64,000 nucleotides of DNA, from assembly GCA_965199855.1 (NCBI GenBank), contig OZ241326.1, positions 256,001 through 320,000 on the forward strand. Reading direction: 5' to 3'. The DNA comes from a bacterium (GTDB taxonomy: Bacteria > UBA8248). Made by a program: the position numbers and the translations under genes. Below the pieces are notes generated by a model. That model did no database searches and had not been told where the DNA came from. It saw nothing but the letters and a program-made list of their open reading frames with translations. Positions 1 to 9,900 of the stretch are shown here, piece after piece. Each line of letters opens with the position of its first letter. Position 1 is the stretch's first letter.

Positions 1-58
1 GCAGGCCCGCCAAAGCCGTCCCGACAACCGCCGCGCCCGTCCGTCTCCATGCTCGCAT
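1..58 (-). CDS. 5' end of a probable exported or membrane protein running off the window
   Basis: Minus strand GAGGAG SD then ATG at 58: MRAWRRTGAAVVGTALAGL, signal-peptide-like; divergent from the gene at 228. Confidence 0.5.
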   Translation of the reverse strand, partial: MRAWRRTGAAVVGTALAGL

Positions 59-227
59 GTCAGCCGCTCCTCTTCGAGGGGAATGGATGCCCTGATCCTA
101 GAAGCGCCGCCGCCGCCCTGTCAATTCCCCGGATCGGCGCGCGCGCCTCGTGGCGGCCCTCTCCCGGCTGTGATAAGCAGAGACGCCTTGACTCCCCTTC
201 ACCTCGCCGGACGCCTGGAGAAAGCGC

Positions 228-1220
228 ATGACCGACAGGATACGGCTTCTCGTGGCGGACGGGGCTTCGGGCCGCTTTCTGGAGAGGGTGCGGGCGAGTC
301 CCGCCGCCGCGCCGTTCGAGATCGCGGCGCCGGAAGCCGGGGGGGAGGACGCCCTGCTCGCGCTCGCGCCGGAGGCGGACGCCATCCTCTGCTACAAGGC
401 GCGGCTCCCGGCCGCCGTCATCGAGGCGGCGGCGCGCCTCAAATACATCCAGAAGCACGGGCTGAACCTCAAGAACATCGACCTCGAGGCGGCGCGGCGG
501 CGCGGGATTCCCGTCGGCGCGCAGGCGCTGGCGCGAAACGCCACGGTGGCCGAGCAGGCCCTCGCCCTCATGCTCTGCTGCGCGCGCAGGGTGATTCCCG
601 GCCACCGCGCGGTGGAGGCGGGCGTCTATCGGGAGAGGGGGATCGAGCCGATCCCGACCAGCCAGTGGAGCTTCCGGGCGAACTGGGCGGGAATCGAGGG
701 CGTCTCGGAGCTGTTCGGCGAGAGCGTCGGCATCGTCGGGCTGGGCGACATCGGCATGGAGATCGCCAGGCGGTGCCTCGCCTTCGGCATGGAAATCCTC
801 TACCACCAGCGAACGCGGCACCCGCCCGAGGTCGAGGCGGAATATCAGGCCGCCTGGCTGCCCCTGGACGAGCTGCTCGGGCGGGTCTCCTGGCTCGTCC
901 TCGTCCTGCCGCACACCGAGGAGAGCGAGGGGATGATCGGCGCGGCCGAGCTCGCGCGCATGAGGAAAACCGCCGCCCTCGTCAACGTGGGCCGCGGCGC
1001 GCTCATCGACGAGGACGCGCTCGCCCGCGCCCTGCGAAGGGGCGAGCTCGCCATGGCCGGCCTCGACGTCTATCGCCGGGAGCCCCTGCCCGCCGACAGC
1101 CCGCTCATCGGCCTGCCCAACGTCGCGCTCGCCCCCCACGTCGGCGGCGGCTCGAACCGCCACTGGGACGCGGACATCCCCGCCTCCCTGGGCAAAATCG
1201 CCGCGTTCTTCGGGGCGTGA
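228..1220 (+). CDS. D-isomer-specific 2-hydroxyacid dehydrogenase
   Basis: VGIVGLGDIG Rossmann motif, VNVGRG, GLDV..EP and PHVGG motifs. Confidence 0.92.
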   Translation: MTDRIRLLVADGASGRFLERVRASPAAAPFEIAAPEAGGEDALLALAPEADAILCYKARLPAAVIEAAARLKYIQKHGLNLKNIDLEAARRRGIPVGAQALARNATVAEQALALMLCCARRVIPGHRAVEAGVYRERGIEPIPTSQWSFRANWAGIEGVSELFGESVGIVGLGDIGMEIARRCLAFGMEILYHQRTRHPPEVEAEYQAAWLPLDELLGRVSWLVLVLPHTEESEGMIGAAELARMRKTAALVNVGRGALIDEDALARALRRGELAMAGLDVYRREPLPADSPLIGLPNVALAPHVGGGSNRHWDADIPASLGKIAAFFGA

Positions 1221-1380
1221 GGGCGGGGAGCCGCCGGCGCGGGCGAGGCCCGCTCCGCAAGCTCCCGACCACCCCTTCCGTCGTTTGGCCGGCGCGTCTT
1301 TCGGCTCTCCCGGCCCTTCATTCGCCTGATGGTTTGTGATAGGCTGGGAGCGCCAGAACCAGATACAGAGAGCATTCAAT

Positions 1381-2157
1381 ATGGCTACGGAAACTGATGC
1401 CGCCGTCCAGGGCAAATCAGCCGCGGATGCGACTCCGTGGTTGAACAAAATTCACCGCGGCGACTGCATCGATCTGATGGGCGAGATGCCCGCCGGCTCC
1501 GTGGACATGATAGTTACCAGCCCCCCGTACAACATAAAAAACAGCACAGGCAACGGCATGAAGAACGGGAGCGGCGGCAAGTGGCCTAAGGCCGCGCTCA
1601 TCGAAGGCTACGAGGAACACGAGGATTGTATGCCCCACGATGAATATGTGGCGTGGCAACGCGAATGCCTGAGCGCCATGATGCGGCTCATCAAGCCCAC
1701 GGGCGCGATATTCTACAATCACAAGTGGCGCGTTCAGAACGGCCTGCTTCAAGACAGGAGCGATATTGTCGAGGGCTTCCCCGTCCGCCAGATCATCATC
1801 TGGAAGCGCAAGGGCGGGATCAATTTCAACCCCGGATACTTCCTTCCGACCTACGAGGTCATCTACCTGATCGCCAAGCCTGACTTCCGCCTCGCGCCCA
1901 AGGCGAACGCCGTCGGCGATGTGTGGGAGATCAACCAGGAGGCGAGCAACCCCCACCCTGCGCCGTTTCCCACCGAGTTGGCCCAAAGGTGTATCGGCTC
2001 CGCGCCTGGCGAGATTGTCCTTGATCCGTTCATGGGAAGCGGGACGACCGCCATCGCTGCGGAAGCGCAGGGAAGGCAATGGATCGGGATCGAGAAAAGC
2101 AAGCGATACTGCCGCCTCGCGGATGAGAGGCTGGCGGCGTATCGGAAGCTGAAATGA
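1381..2157 (+). CDS. Site-specific DNA methyltransferase, N4/N6 beta class (probably N4-cytosine)
   Basis: TSPPY catalytic motif precedes HPAPFP and DPFMGSGTT SAM motif; ATG 1381 chosen over the GTG at 1336. Confidence 0.92.
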   Translation: MATETDAAVQGKSAADATPWLNKIHRGDCIDLMGEMPAGSVDMIVTSPPYNIKNSTGNGMKNGSGGKWPKAALIEGYEEHEDCMPHDEYVAWQRECLSAMMRLIKPTGAIFYNHKWRVQNGLLQDRSDIVEGFPVRQIIIWKRKGGINFNPGYFLPTYEVIYLIAKPDFRLAPKANAVGDVWEINQEASNPHPAPFPTELAQRCIGSAPGEIVLDPFMGSGTTAIAAEAQGRQWIGIEKSKRYCRLADERLAAYRKLK

Positions 2158-2828
2158 TCACCCGCAAAGCCCTGCTCGACAAGATACGGGAGTTGTGCGG
2201 GAGCGGCTGGCACGACCTCCCCGACACCGGCTCCGGCGCTCCGGGCGACCATCTGGAAAAACTGCTCGGCCTCAAGACATCGAACGTGGACATCCCCGAC
2301 GCGGGAGCGTTCGAGTTGAAGTTCTCTCGCGGCTCCGCGCTCATCACGCTGTTCCACAAGACCCCGAGGCCGAGAGGCTCCATGCGCTACGTCATCAACA
2401 AGCACGGATGGAGGGGGCGCAACGGCCGCCCTTCGTTCCGGCACACCATCGCCGGCGAATCGGACAAGGGCTTCGACATCGTGTACGACGCGGGCTCCAT
2501 CTGGGTGAGACACGAGGAGGCCATGAACATCGTCCCCCACTGGACGGAGGACGATCTATTGAACGCGGCGGGCAGGAAGTTGAGCCGCCTGGTGCTGGTA
2601 CGGGGAACCGTCAGGAAGAATCCGTATCGGGTGCTGTATGAGCGCGCCGCCCTCTATGAGCAGTTCAGGCTGTCGAGACTCATGCGGGCGATTGAGAGCG
2701 GGCTCGTGCTGGTGGACTTCGACGCCTACATCAGGCCGTCCGGCGCAGTGAGAGATCACGGCACCAAGTTCAGAATCGACCCCAGGAACATCGGACGCCT
2801 ATACGAGACGCACGAAAGAATCGTTTAG
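2154..2828 (+). CDS. MvaI/BcnI-family type II restriction endonuclease
   Basis: G.PG..LE.LLG....N...PD...FELK...LITLF..TP pattern and C-terminal RDHGTKFRI; ATGA overlap with the MTase. Confidence 0.8.
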   Translation: MITRKALLDKIRELCGSGWHDLPDTGSGAPGDHLEKLLGLKTSNVDIPDAGAFELKFSRGSALITLFHKTPRPRGSMRYVINKHGWRGRNGRPSFRHTIAGESDKGFDIVYDAGSIWVRHEEAMNIVPHWTEDDLLNAAGRKLSRLVLVRGTVRKNPYRVLYERAALYEQFRLSRLMRAIESGLVLVDFDAYIRPSGAVRDHGTKFRIDPRNIGRLYETHERIV

Positions 2829-2829
2829 T

Positions 2830-3057
2830 GGCGTCAAGTATATCATTCCCAAAAAATCCTTCGACAAGACGCCCGCGAGATCAAAGAATTTCCTGATCCT
2901 CGGGGTGGAGACGGGCGAGATGCGCGCGCAGCTGAACGAAATGCGCGTCGAGAGGGTGTTCGACCTGTTCGAGACGCTACACAACGACGCCCGGTGGCGC
3001 GAGTTCCTGAACGAGGTGTTCCACCACACCCTCCGCGCGCTCCGGGCGCCTCTGTAA
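2830..3057 (+). pseudogene. Probable 3' remnant of a truncated gene
   Basis: Open frame GVKYIIPKKSFDK...FLNEVFHHTLRALRAPL-TAA with GC3-rich codons and no convincing start, abutting the REase stop. Confidence 0.45.
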
Positions 3058-3117
3058 AGAAGCCGGGGAGACAGGGCGAGGCGGGAAGCGTCCCCGAGCG
3101 CCCCTCGATCCGCCCCC

Positions 3118-3555
3118 CTACCCCTGCGCCCAGTCGGGAGCCAGCGCGCCTTCGGGAAGGTATTGAATCAGCTCGACGGCGAGGCCGCCCGTGGTGGCGG
3201 GGTCGGCGAAGGTGATGACGCCGCCTCGAGAGCCGTAGGTGGGCGGCATCGTGAAGACGACGCCCTTCGCCTCCCACTCGGCCATGGTCGCCCGCAGATC
3301 GTCCACGGCGAGGCAGACGTGGTGCAGCCCCTCGCCGCGCTCGGCGATGAAGCGGTTGAGCGGCGCGTCGGGGCTGCTCATCTCCACGAGCTCCATCACC
3401 GCCCCCTCCGCCTCGTAGAAATCGAGCCGGGCGGTGTTGCCGGGACGCTCATAGACCCTTCTCTCCAGAAACCGGAAGCCCAGCAAATCCTCCATCACGC
3501 GCCTCTTCGCTTCCAGGTCGCGGACGGCGCAGCCCACGTGATCGACTTTCGGCAT
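3118..3555 (-). CDS. VOC family protein (methylmalonyl-CoA epimerase-like)
   Basis: VDHVGCAV, ELVE, RGEGLHHVCLAVDD and ELIQ motifs. Confidence 0.85.
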   Translation of the reverse strand: MPKVDHVGCAVRDLEAKRRVMEDLLGFRFLERRVYERPGNTARLDFYEAEGAVMELVEMSSPDAPLNRFIAERGEGLHHVCLAVDDLRATMAEWEAKGVVFTMPPTYGSRGGVITFADPATTGGLAVELIQYLPEGALAPDWAQG

Positions 3556-3592
3556 TTTTCCAGACTCTCCCGATGAAGAAGGGAACGCTCGC

Positions 3593-4498
3593 TCAGGCTT
3601 TCATCCATATCTGGTTGTGCGTGTCGGCATACTCCGTGTCGTCGAACATTTCGCTGCGGCGCTTCTCCTCCCGCGTGAAGCCGCAATCCTGAAGGACGGC
3701 GGCGACGCCCTCCGCCTGCTCGCGGAAGTTGTCGTTCACCTCGACGTATACCGTCTTCAGCGCGGGGTCGCGCAGGGTGCGCTCCGCGCCCTTGAGAACC
3801 AGATGCTCGATGCCGTCCACGTCGATCTTCATCATGCCCGGCGCGCCGGAAACCAGGCCGTTCTCGACGAGGGAATCCAGCGCGAAGCCCACCGTCCGGT
3901 AGGACGCGGTTTTCTGGAGCCGCTCGCCCTCGTGGCCATAGTCCACGCCGAAGGCGGAATGCGAGCCTCCCGCCCCCGGGCTGGAAAGCGAGAAGTCGGC
4001 GACCCGGTTCCCGTCGCTGAGCGGATTGGGCACGATGCGAACCTTGCTCTCCAGACCGTTCCTGCCGATGTTCCTCGACAGGACGGGAAGATTGAAAACG
4101 GACGGCTCGAAGGCATAGACCTCGCCGCCCTTCGTCATCCCGTGATAGATGGAATACATCCCCACGTTGGCGCCCACGTCGAAAAAGGCGCCGTCGCCGC
4201 CGCAGCGGTCGATCCATTCCAGGATTTCCGGCTCCTTGGAGGAAAACGTAGCGGCGCGGAAGGCGCAGGTTCTGTTGGGGACGAAGAACTCCATCTCGAC
4301 CGCCGCGCCGTCCGTCGAGCGGTGGGAAACCCGCCTCGTCGCGCCCTCGATTTTTTCCAGAAGGAGCTGATTCCCCAGCGTCCCCAGATTTCCGTCCAGG
4401 GCGTTCAAAAAACGCGAGTAGGCGCCCTCCAGCATGGCCGAAAAGCGCAGGGGCGCGAGCAGCGCGCCCTTCGCGAACCTTCTCGCCGCTCTCCTCAT
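3593..4498 (-). CDS. FkbM family methyltransferase
   Basis: FFDVGANVG, AFEP and MKIDVDGIE motifs; GGAGAGG SD before ATG 4498. Confidence 0.88.
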   Translation of the reverse strand: MRRAARRFAKGALLAPLRFSAMLEGAYSRFLNALDGNLGTLGNQLLLEKIEGATRRVSHRSTDGAAVEMEFFVPNRTCAFRAATFSSKEPEILEWIDRCGGDGAFFDVGANVGMYSIYHGMTKGGEVYAFEPSVFNLPVLSRNIGRNGLESKVRIVPNPLSDGNRVADFSLSSPGAGGSHSAFGVDYGHEGERLQKTASYRTVGFALDSLVENGLVSGAPGMMKIDVDGIEHLVLKGAERTLRDPALKTVYVEVNDNFREQAEGVAAVLQDCGFTREEKRRSEMFDDTEYADTHNQIWMKA

Positions 4499-4681
4499 TC
4501 CGCCTCTCCCGAAAGCGCCCGCCGGGCGCGGACCCCGTGGAGCGGCCCTTGTAGCACGACGCCCGCGCCGCCTCCAGCCCTCCGCGCGCCCGAAGCGCGG
4601 GCCCGCCGGGGGATGACGCGCGGGGGCGCGGCCTGTATACTCGCCCTCTTTTCCGAACCGACGGAGATTCTCGACAAGCGC

Positions 4682-5566
4682 ATGTCCGCCATCCCGCCGC
4701 TTCTGAACGTCGTCTTTCCGGTGATGGCGCTCATCGGCGCCGGCTTCCTCTACGGGCGATGGAAGCGGATCGACCCCCGGACGCTGGCCGAGATCGTCCT
4801 GTTCCTGCTCGCGCCCGCCGTCATGTTCGACGCCCTGGCGCGGCAGCGCGTCCTCTGGGAGGATCTGCTCAGGGCGGGCGCCTTCTCCTGCGCCATCCAG
4901 ATCGTCCCGGGGGCCGCCGCCTGGCTCATCAAGCGCGCGGCGGGGATGACCCAGCGCTCCTTCGTCCCCGGCGTGATGATCATGAACGCCGTCTCGCTGC
5001 CCTATCCCCTGGCGCTTCTGGCCTTCGGGGAGGAGGGCCTGGCGCACACGGTGCTGCTCTCCATCCCCAACATCTTCATCACCTTCTCGCTCGGCATCAT
5101 GGCGCACGGCGGGGGGGCGAGCGTCCGGGAGCCGCTCCGGATGCCCGCTCTCTACGCGGCCGTCGCGGGCATCGCCGCGGCGCTGGCGGCGATTCCGGTT
5201 CCGCAGTTCATCCTGCGCTTCACCCACCTCGCCGGGCGCGGCATGTTTCCGGTGGAGCTCTTCGCCCTGGGCTACCGGCTCCGAAGCATCCGGGCGTCCG
5301 ACTTCCGCGTCAGCCTCCTCGTCTCGGCGCTCAGGTTCGGACTCGGCTTTCTCCTCGCCTGGGCGCTCTCGGAGGCCTTCGCGCTCGAGGGCGCGTTCCG
5401 CGCCGCGCTCTTCCTCATGTCGTGCAGCCCGCCCGCCGTGCTGAACTACGTGTTCGCCGAGCGCTACGGGGAGGAGGGGCCCCTCGCCGCCTCCATCGTG
5501 TTCACGGGCACGGCGCTAAGCCTGATCGCCACGCCCCTGCTTCTCCTCTATCTGGGAGCGGGCTAG
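4682..5566 (+). CDS. AEC family membrane transporter
   Basis: About 10 hydrophobic segments; PPAVLNYVFAERY C-terminal motif; ATG 4682. Confidence 0.85.
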   Translation: MSAIPPLLNVVFPVMALIGAGFLYGRWKRIDPRTLAEIVLFLLAPAVMFDALARQRVLWEDLLRAGAFSCAIQIVPGAAAWLIKRAAGMTQRSFVPGVMIMNAVSLPYPLALLAFGEEGLAHTVLLSIPNIFITFSLGIMAHGGGASVREPLRMPALYAAVAGIAAALAAIPVPQFILRFTHLAGRGMFPVELFALGYRLRSIRASDFRVSLLVSALRFGLGFLLAWALSEAFALEGAFRAALFLMSCSPPAVLNYVFAERYGEEGPLAASIVFTGTALSLIATPLLLLYLGAG

Positions 5567-6307
5567 GCGCCCCTGCCCGGCGCGGCCCCTCAGCCGGCGC
5601 GTGATGGACTCCTGAAAATAGAGCGCGGCGGCGGCGGCGGCTACGGCGGCGACCAGCAAGGCGGCCACCATTCCGTATCGCTCCTCGTACATCCCGGCGC
5701 CCTGGATGCCCAGCATGATGGTGCCGGGGATTCTGCCGAGGAAGGCGACCAGGGCGAACGCGGGCGTCCGGAGCGGACTCAGCCCCAGCAGGTAGCACAT
5801 GTAGTCCTTGGGAAAGCCCGGTATCGCGAAGAAAACGAAGGCGAAAAACGCGCCGCGGCTCCGGATGAGGAAGTCGAACTTCCCCAGAATCCCCGGCGGG
5901 ATGAGCCGCTCCACGAAGGGGCGGCCCAGCTTTCGCCCGATCCAGAAGGCCAGGAGGCTGCCCAGCGTCAGGCCGATGGTGCTGAGAACCGTAGCGGCGA
6001 GCGCGCCATAGACGTAGCCGCCCAGAAACCCCGTCAGCTCCCCCGGTATCGGGGAGAAGACCACCTGGAGCGCCTGCGCCCCGACGAACACCGCCGGCCC
6101 CCAGGCGCCGAATCCGTGAATCCAGTCCCGGAACCTGTCCTTTTGATGGTGGAACTTCGCCAGATGCGTCCAGAGGAGGAGCGCCTCGTCCCGCAGGAGC
6201 CAGAGCAGAAGCGCCGCCGCGGCCAGGCCGAGCGCGGACGCCCACAGAATCTTCCTCTTCCCCACCGGCGACGCTCCCCTCGTTCCGGGCGATGAGACGC
6301 TCCCCAA
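5516..6307 (-). CDS. TVP38/TMEM64 (DedA/SNARE-associated) membrane protein
   Basis: LQVVFSPIPGE, IPGFPKDY.CY.LGL and GRIPG motifs; start uncertain; 3' end overlaps the convergent AEC gene. Confidence 0.85.
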   Translation of the reverse strand: MGSVSSPGTRGASPVGKRKILWASALGLAAAALLLWLLRDEALLLWTHLAKFHHQKDRFRDWIHGFGAWGPAVFVGAQALQVVFSPIPGELTGFLGGYVYGALAATVLSTIGLTLGSLLAFWIGRKLGRPFVERLIPPGILGKFDFLIRSRGAFFAFVFFAIPGFPKDYMCYLLGLSPLRTPAFALVAFLGRIPGTIMLGIQGAGMYEERYGMVAALLVAAVAAAAAALYFQESITRRLRGRAGQGRLARSQIEEKQGRGDQA

Positions 6308-6442
6308 GACGAAGGGTTACATACCATCAAAGCCGCCGCGCGCGGAACCGCGAAGGCGCGCCGCCCGCCATCGTTGACATCGAGCCGTCCCCCCGTCCAG
6401 GATCCGCGCCTCAGAAGGAGCGCTCAACCGTTCGGAGAAGCC

Positions 6443-7663
6443 ATGGAGATCGACCCCCCTCGTCCCCGGCGCGAAGCCCGCGCGGCGCCCCGCATCTCAA
6501 GCGCGGAGCTCAAGGCCGCCGCCCGCGAGCGCGCCCTGGCGCACGGCTTCGACCTCGCCGCCGTCGCCCCGCCCGCCCTCGGCGAGGCGCACGGGCGATA
6601 CCTCGAATGGCTCGAAAAGGGCTTCGCGGGCGAGATGGGCTACCTGGGCAGAAACGCCCGCAAGCGCGGCGACCTGCGCCGCCTCTGGCCGCGGACGCGC
6701 GCGGCGCTCATAGTCGCCATGCGCTACGCGCCGGAGGAGGAGACGCCCCACGCCCCCGGGCGGGGGCGCATCGCGCGCTACGCCCGCGGCGGGGACTACC
6801 ACAAGTTCATGAAGAAGCGGCTGATTCGCGTTCTGCGCGACCTGAAGGCGCTCGACCCGGGCGTCGAGGGCAGAAGCTACGTGGACGCGGGCCCCCTCCT
6901 CGAGCGCGACCTGGCCGTCCTGGCGGGCCTGGGCTGGAAGGGGAAGAACTCGCTCCTGCTCTCGCGCCGGCTGGGGAGCTACTTCTTTCTGGGCGCGCTG
7001 CTCCTGAACCGCGCGCTCGAGGCGGACGCGCCCTTCCTGGAGGATCACTGCGGCACGTGCGCGCGGTGCGTCGAGCAATGCCCGACGAACGCCATCGTCG
7101 CCCCCGGCGTCGTGGACGCGAGGCGCTGCGTCTCCTACCTCACCATCGAGCTGCGGGGGCCGATTCCCCGGGAGCTCCGCCCCCTCATGGGCGCGCACGT
7201 CTTCGGCTGCGACGTCTGCCAGGAGGTCTGCCCCTGGAACGAGGACGCCCCGCGCGCGCGCGAGCCGAGGTTCGCCCCCCGGGAGGCGGCGCGCGACCCG
7301 CGGCTGCGCGGCTTCCTGGAGATGGACGAGGCGGGCTTTCGCCGGGCGTTTCGCGGAACGCCCGTCATGCGCGCGCGCTACGCGGGGTTCTTGCGGAACG
7401 TCCTCGTCGCGCTCGGCAACACCGGCGGGCGAGAGAGCGCCGCGCCCCTGGCGCGCGCCCTCGATCACGGCGAGCCCCTCGCGCGGGGCCACGCCGCGTG
7501 GGCGCTGGGGCGCGTCGGCAAGCGGACGGGGGCCGCGCTCGCGCGCCGCGCCCTGGAGGGCAGGCTCGAGGTGGAGGCGGACGCCTGGGTCCGCGAGGAA
7601 ATCGAGCTGGCGCTCGGCGAATGCGCCCTGCTCTCCCTCCCCGTCCTCGACCGCGGGGCGTGA
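6443..7663 (+). CDS. queG: Epoxyqueuosine reductase
   Basis: YARG.DYH, VDAGPLLER, GW.GKN, CGTC.RC...CPT and FGCD.CQ.VCPWN motifs, HEAT-like tail. Confidence 0.95.
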   Translation: MEIDPPRPRREARAAPRISSAELKAAARERALAHGFDLAAVAPPALGEAHGRYLEWLEKGFAGEMGYLGRNARKRGDLRRLWPRTRAALIVAMRYAPEEETPHAPGRGRIARYARGGDYHKFMKKRLIRVLRDLKALDPGVEGRSYVDAGPLLERDLAVLAGLGWKGKNSLLLSRRLGSYFFLGALLLNRALEADAPFLEDHCGTCARCVEQCPTNAIVAPGVVDARRCVSYLTIELRGPIPRELRPLMGAHVFGCDVCQEVCPWNEDAPRAREPRFAPREAARDPRLRGFLEMDEAGFRRAFRGTPVMRARYAGFLRNVLVALGNTGGRESAAPLARALDHGEPLARGHAAWALGRVGKRTGAALARRALEGRLEVEADAWVREEIELALGECALLSLPVLDRGA

Positions 7664-7766
7664 GAGGAGGCGGGGCGCGGCCGTGCGCGGCGGCGGCCGC
7701 CTGTGCTAGGATGAGCGCCCGGCAGGGATGATTCGGAACCCGAGCGAACGCCAACGGGAGCGCGCG

Positions 7767-8570
7767 ATGAACACCGTATCCGTGAACGGAATCGAGATGG
7801 CCTACGAGGAGGCGGGCAGCGGCCCCCCGCTCCTCCTCCTGCACGGCTTCGCGCTGGATCGCGGCATGTGGGCGGCGCAGGCGGAGGCGCTGTCGGGAAA
7901 ATACAGGGTTCTCCGCCCCGACATGCGCGGCATGGGCGAGACGACGCACGACGGCCGCCCCATCACGCTCGAGACGATGGCGGACGACATGGCGGCCTTT
8001 CTCGCCGCCCTCGAAATCGACGCCGCCGCCGTCGCCGGCTTCTCGATGGGCGGCTACGTCCTCCTGCAGATGGCGGTTCGCCACCCGCTCCGGGCGCGCG
8101 CGTGCGGCTTCATCAGCACGCGGGCGGCGGCCGACTCCGAGGAGGGCAAACGGGCGCGCCTCGCGCAGATGCGCGCCGTCATCGACGAGGGGATGGAGCC
8201 CTTCGCCGCCCGTTTCCTGCCGCAACTGTTCTCGCCCGGCTACGCCGCCGCCCACCCGCAGGAGGCGGAGGCCGTCCGGAGCGTCGTCGCCGGCCAGACC
8301 CCCGGCCATATCGCCTCGCTCATCGACGCCAACCGGAGGCGCGAGGACATGACGCCGCGCCTGGGGGATATCTCCTCCCCCTGCCTGGTGTTCGGCGGAA
8401 CGGGCGACGCGCTGGTGCCGCCCGCGCAGATGGAAGCCCTCCGCGAGGGCCTGGGCGATCCCGCCTACGAGATGGTCGAGGGCGCGGGCCACATGACGCC
8501 GCTCGAATGCGCGGAGCGCGTGAACTTCCGGCTCGATCAGCTCCTCCAGCGCGCGGGCATGTGGATGTAG
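7767..8570 (+). CDS. Alpha/beta hydrolase
   Basis: LLHGF, GFSMGG nucleophile elbow, GAGH. Confidence 0.9.
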   Translation: MNTVSVNGIEMAYEEAGSGPPLLLLHGFALDRGMWAAQAEALSGKYRVLRPDMRGMGETTHDGRPITLETMADDMAAFLAALEIDAAAVAGFSMGGYVLLQMAVRHPLRARACGFISTRAAADSEEGKRARLAQMRAVIDEGMEPFAARFLPQLFSPGYAAAHPQEAEAVRSVVAGQTPGHIASLIDANRRREDMTPRLGDISSPCLVFGGTGDALVPPAQMEALREGLGDPAYEMVEGAGHMTPLECAERVNFRLDQLLQRAGMWM

Positions 8571-8670
8571 GCGCGCGCAGGCCCCGACCGGAAAACGGAG
8601 GCGCGCCGGGCCTGCGGGAAGCGCGGCTCTCCGCCCCGGGGCTTTTTCGGATTCCGCGCGGGGCGGGGCT

Positions 8671-9447
8671 TCACCCCTTCCAGAAAACCCTCTCTCTCAG
8701 CCAGTCGATTCGCCCGGCGGGGGCGGCGAGGACGGGTTCGGGCGTCTCGCGCCCGTCGGCCAGGGCGGCGTAGTCCACGCGCGCCCCCGAGAGGTAGCCC
8801 ACCGCGCCGCCCGCGCGCTCAAGGACGAGGCCGGCCGCGGCGAAGTCGTAGGCGCGCAGAGGCTCCATCAGGACGCCGAAGGCCGCCCCCGCCGCCGCGA
8901 AGCACAGATGGCAGGCGGCCGAGGCCAGCGCGAGGAAGCGCCCCGGGTAGGCGTGCGAGAGTCCCGCCGCCTCCCCGCAGGGGACGAAGAGGTAGTCGTG
9001 CGGGGCGGGCGCGCCCTGGGCGACGCGCGGCAGCGGCCTCCCGTTGCGGGTCGCGGCGCCATCGGCCGCGGCCGTGAAGGTCTCGCCCAGGGCGGGCATG
9101 TGCACCACCCCCGCCTCGGCGCGGCCGCCCCGCAGGCAGGCGATGGAAACCGCCCAGAAGGGCAGGCCCTTGAGATAGGGCCCGGTGCCGTCGATGGGGT
9201 CTATCGCCCACCAGCGGACGCCCGCGCCGAGCCCGCGCGTCCCGCGCGCCCCGCTTTCCTCCGCCAGGACGGGATCGTCCGGAAACGCGGCGCGAATCTC
9301 CGCGAGGATGAGCGCCTCCGCCTCCCGGTCGGCGCGCGAGACGACGCTCCGCCCCTTGGGTTCGCTCGCCACGCGGCCGGAGAGCGCCTGCGCCCGCGCG
9401 CCCGCCGCCCGCGCCGTCTTCTCCATGAACGCGATGAGGTCGGACAC
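8671..9447 (-). CDS. Inositol monophosphatase family protein
   Basis: AEE, IDPIDGT and YDFAAA..V.E.AGG motifs; GTG start 9447. Confidence 0.88.
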   Translation of the reverse strand: MSDLIAFMEKTARAAGARAQALSGRVASEPKGRSVVSRADREAEALILAEIRAAFPDDPVLAEESGARGTRGLGAGVRWWAIDPIDGTGPYLKGLPFWAVSIACLRGGRAEAGVVHMPALGETFTAAADGAATRNGRPLPRVAQGAPAPHDYLFVPCGEAAGLSHAYPGRFLALASAACHLCFAAAGAAFGVLMEPLRAYDFAAAGLVLERAGGAVGYLSGARVDYAALADGRETPEPVLAAPAGRIDWLRERVFWKG

Positions 9448-9539
9448 CCGCCCCCCCTTTCGTCTGACGCTTCGCCCCCCGCGCCATGATGGAGAACGCG
9501 CCGGGGCATGGCAAGGCGCGCCGGCGAGGCGCGAACATC

Positions 9540-9875
9540 CCGCAGGGGTCGTTCGGGAACGCCCCGCCCCGCCAACCAAACGGATATTCGCCGGGTTGTC
9601 GGCCCATGCCTTCAAAACGGGCGGTTCACGAATTGTGGGGCGGCCTCGGGGAGGCACCGCCCCTGCGAAACCATTGAACCCCTCACGGGCCGTAAAACGC
9701 CCCGCCTCGCATCCCCGCCGATCGCCGGGCGGGACGCATGAATGCGTCCCCTACAAAGGAAAAATCACCACCCGCCCGTAGGGGGCATCCCCGGCCGTCA
9801 TTCCGGCGAAGGCCGGAATCCAGGGTTTTGATTGTCTTCCTGAAAACGGGCGGTTCACGAACCGCCCCTACGAAA
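9540..9875. repeat. REP mosaic (GTAG/GCAG-tagged and CGTC-tagged palindromes)
   Basis: GGGACGCATGAATGCGTCCCCTAC (9731-9754), CGTCATTCCGGCGAAGGCCGGAATCCAG (9796-9823), CGGGCGGTTCACGAACCGCCCCTACG; the same modules recur at 48.7-50.0, 54.6-54.9 and 57.5-58.2 kb. Confidence 0.88.
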
Positions 9876-9900
9876 CCGTTGCCGTCCCGCCGGAATCGAT

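Noticed and set aside
60-1448. Long antisense or overlapping ORFs (also 16051-18555, 19393-21012, 22048-23760, 37570-40164, 49928-51847 and others)
   Set aside because: Shadow ORFs of GC-rich genes on the opposite strand or another frame; Arg/Pro/Gly-rich with no motifs
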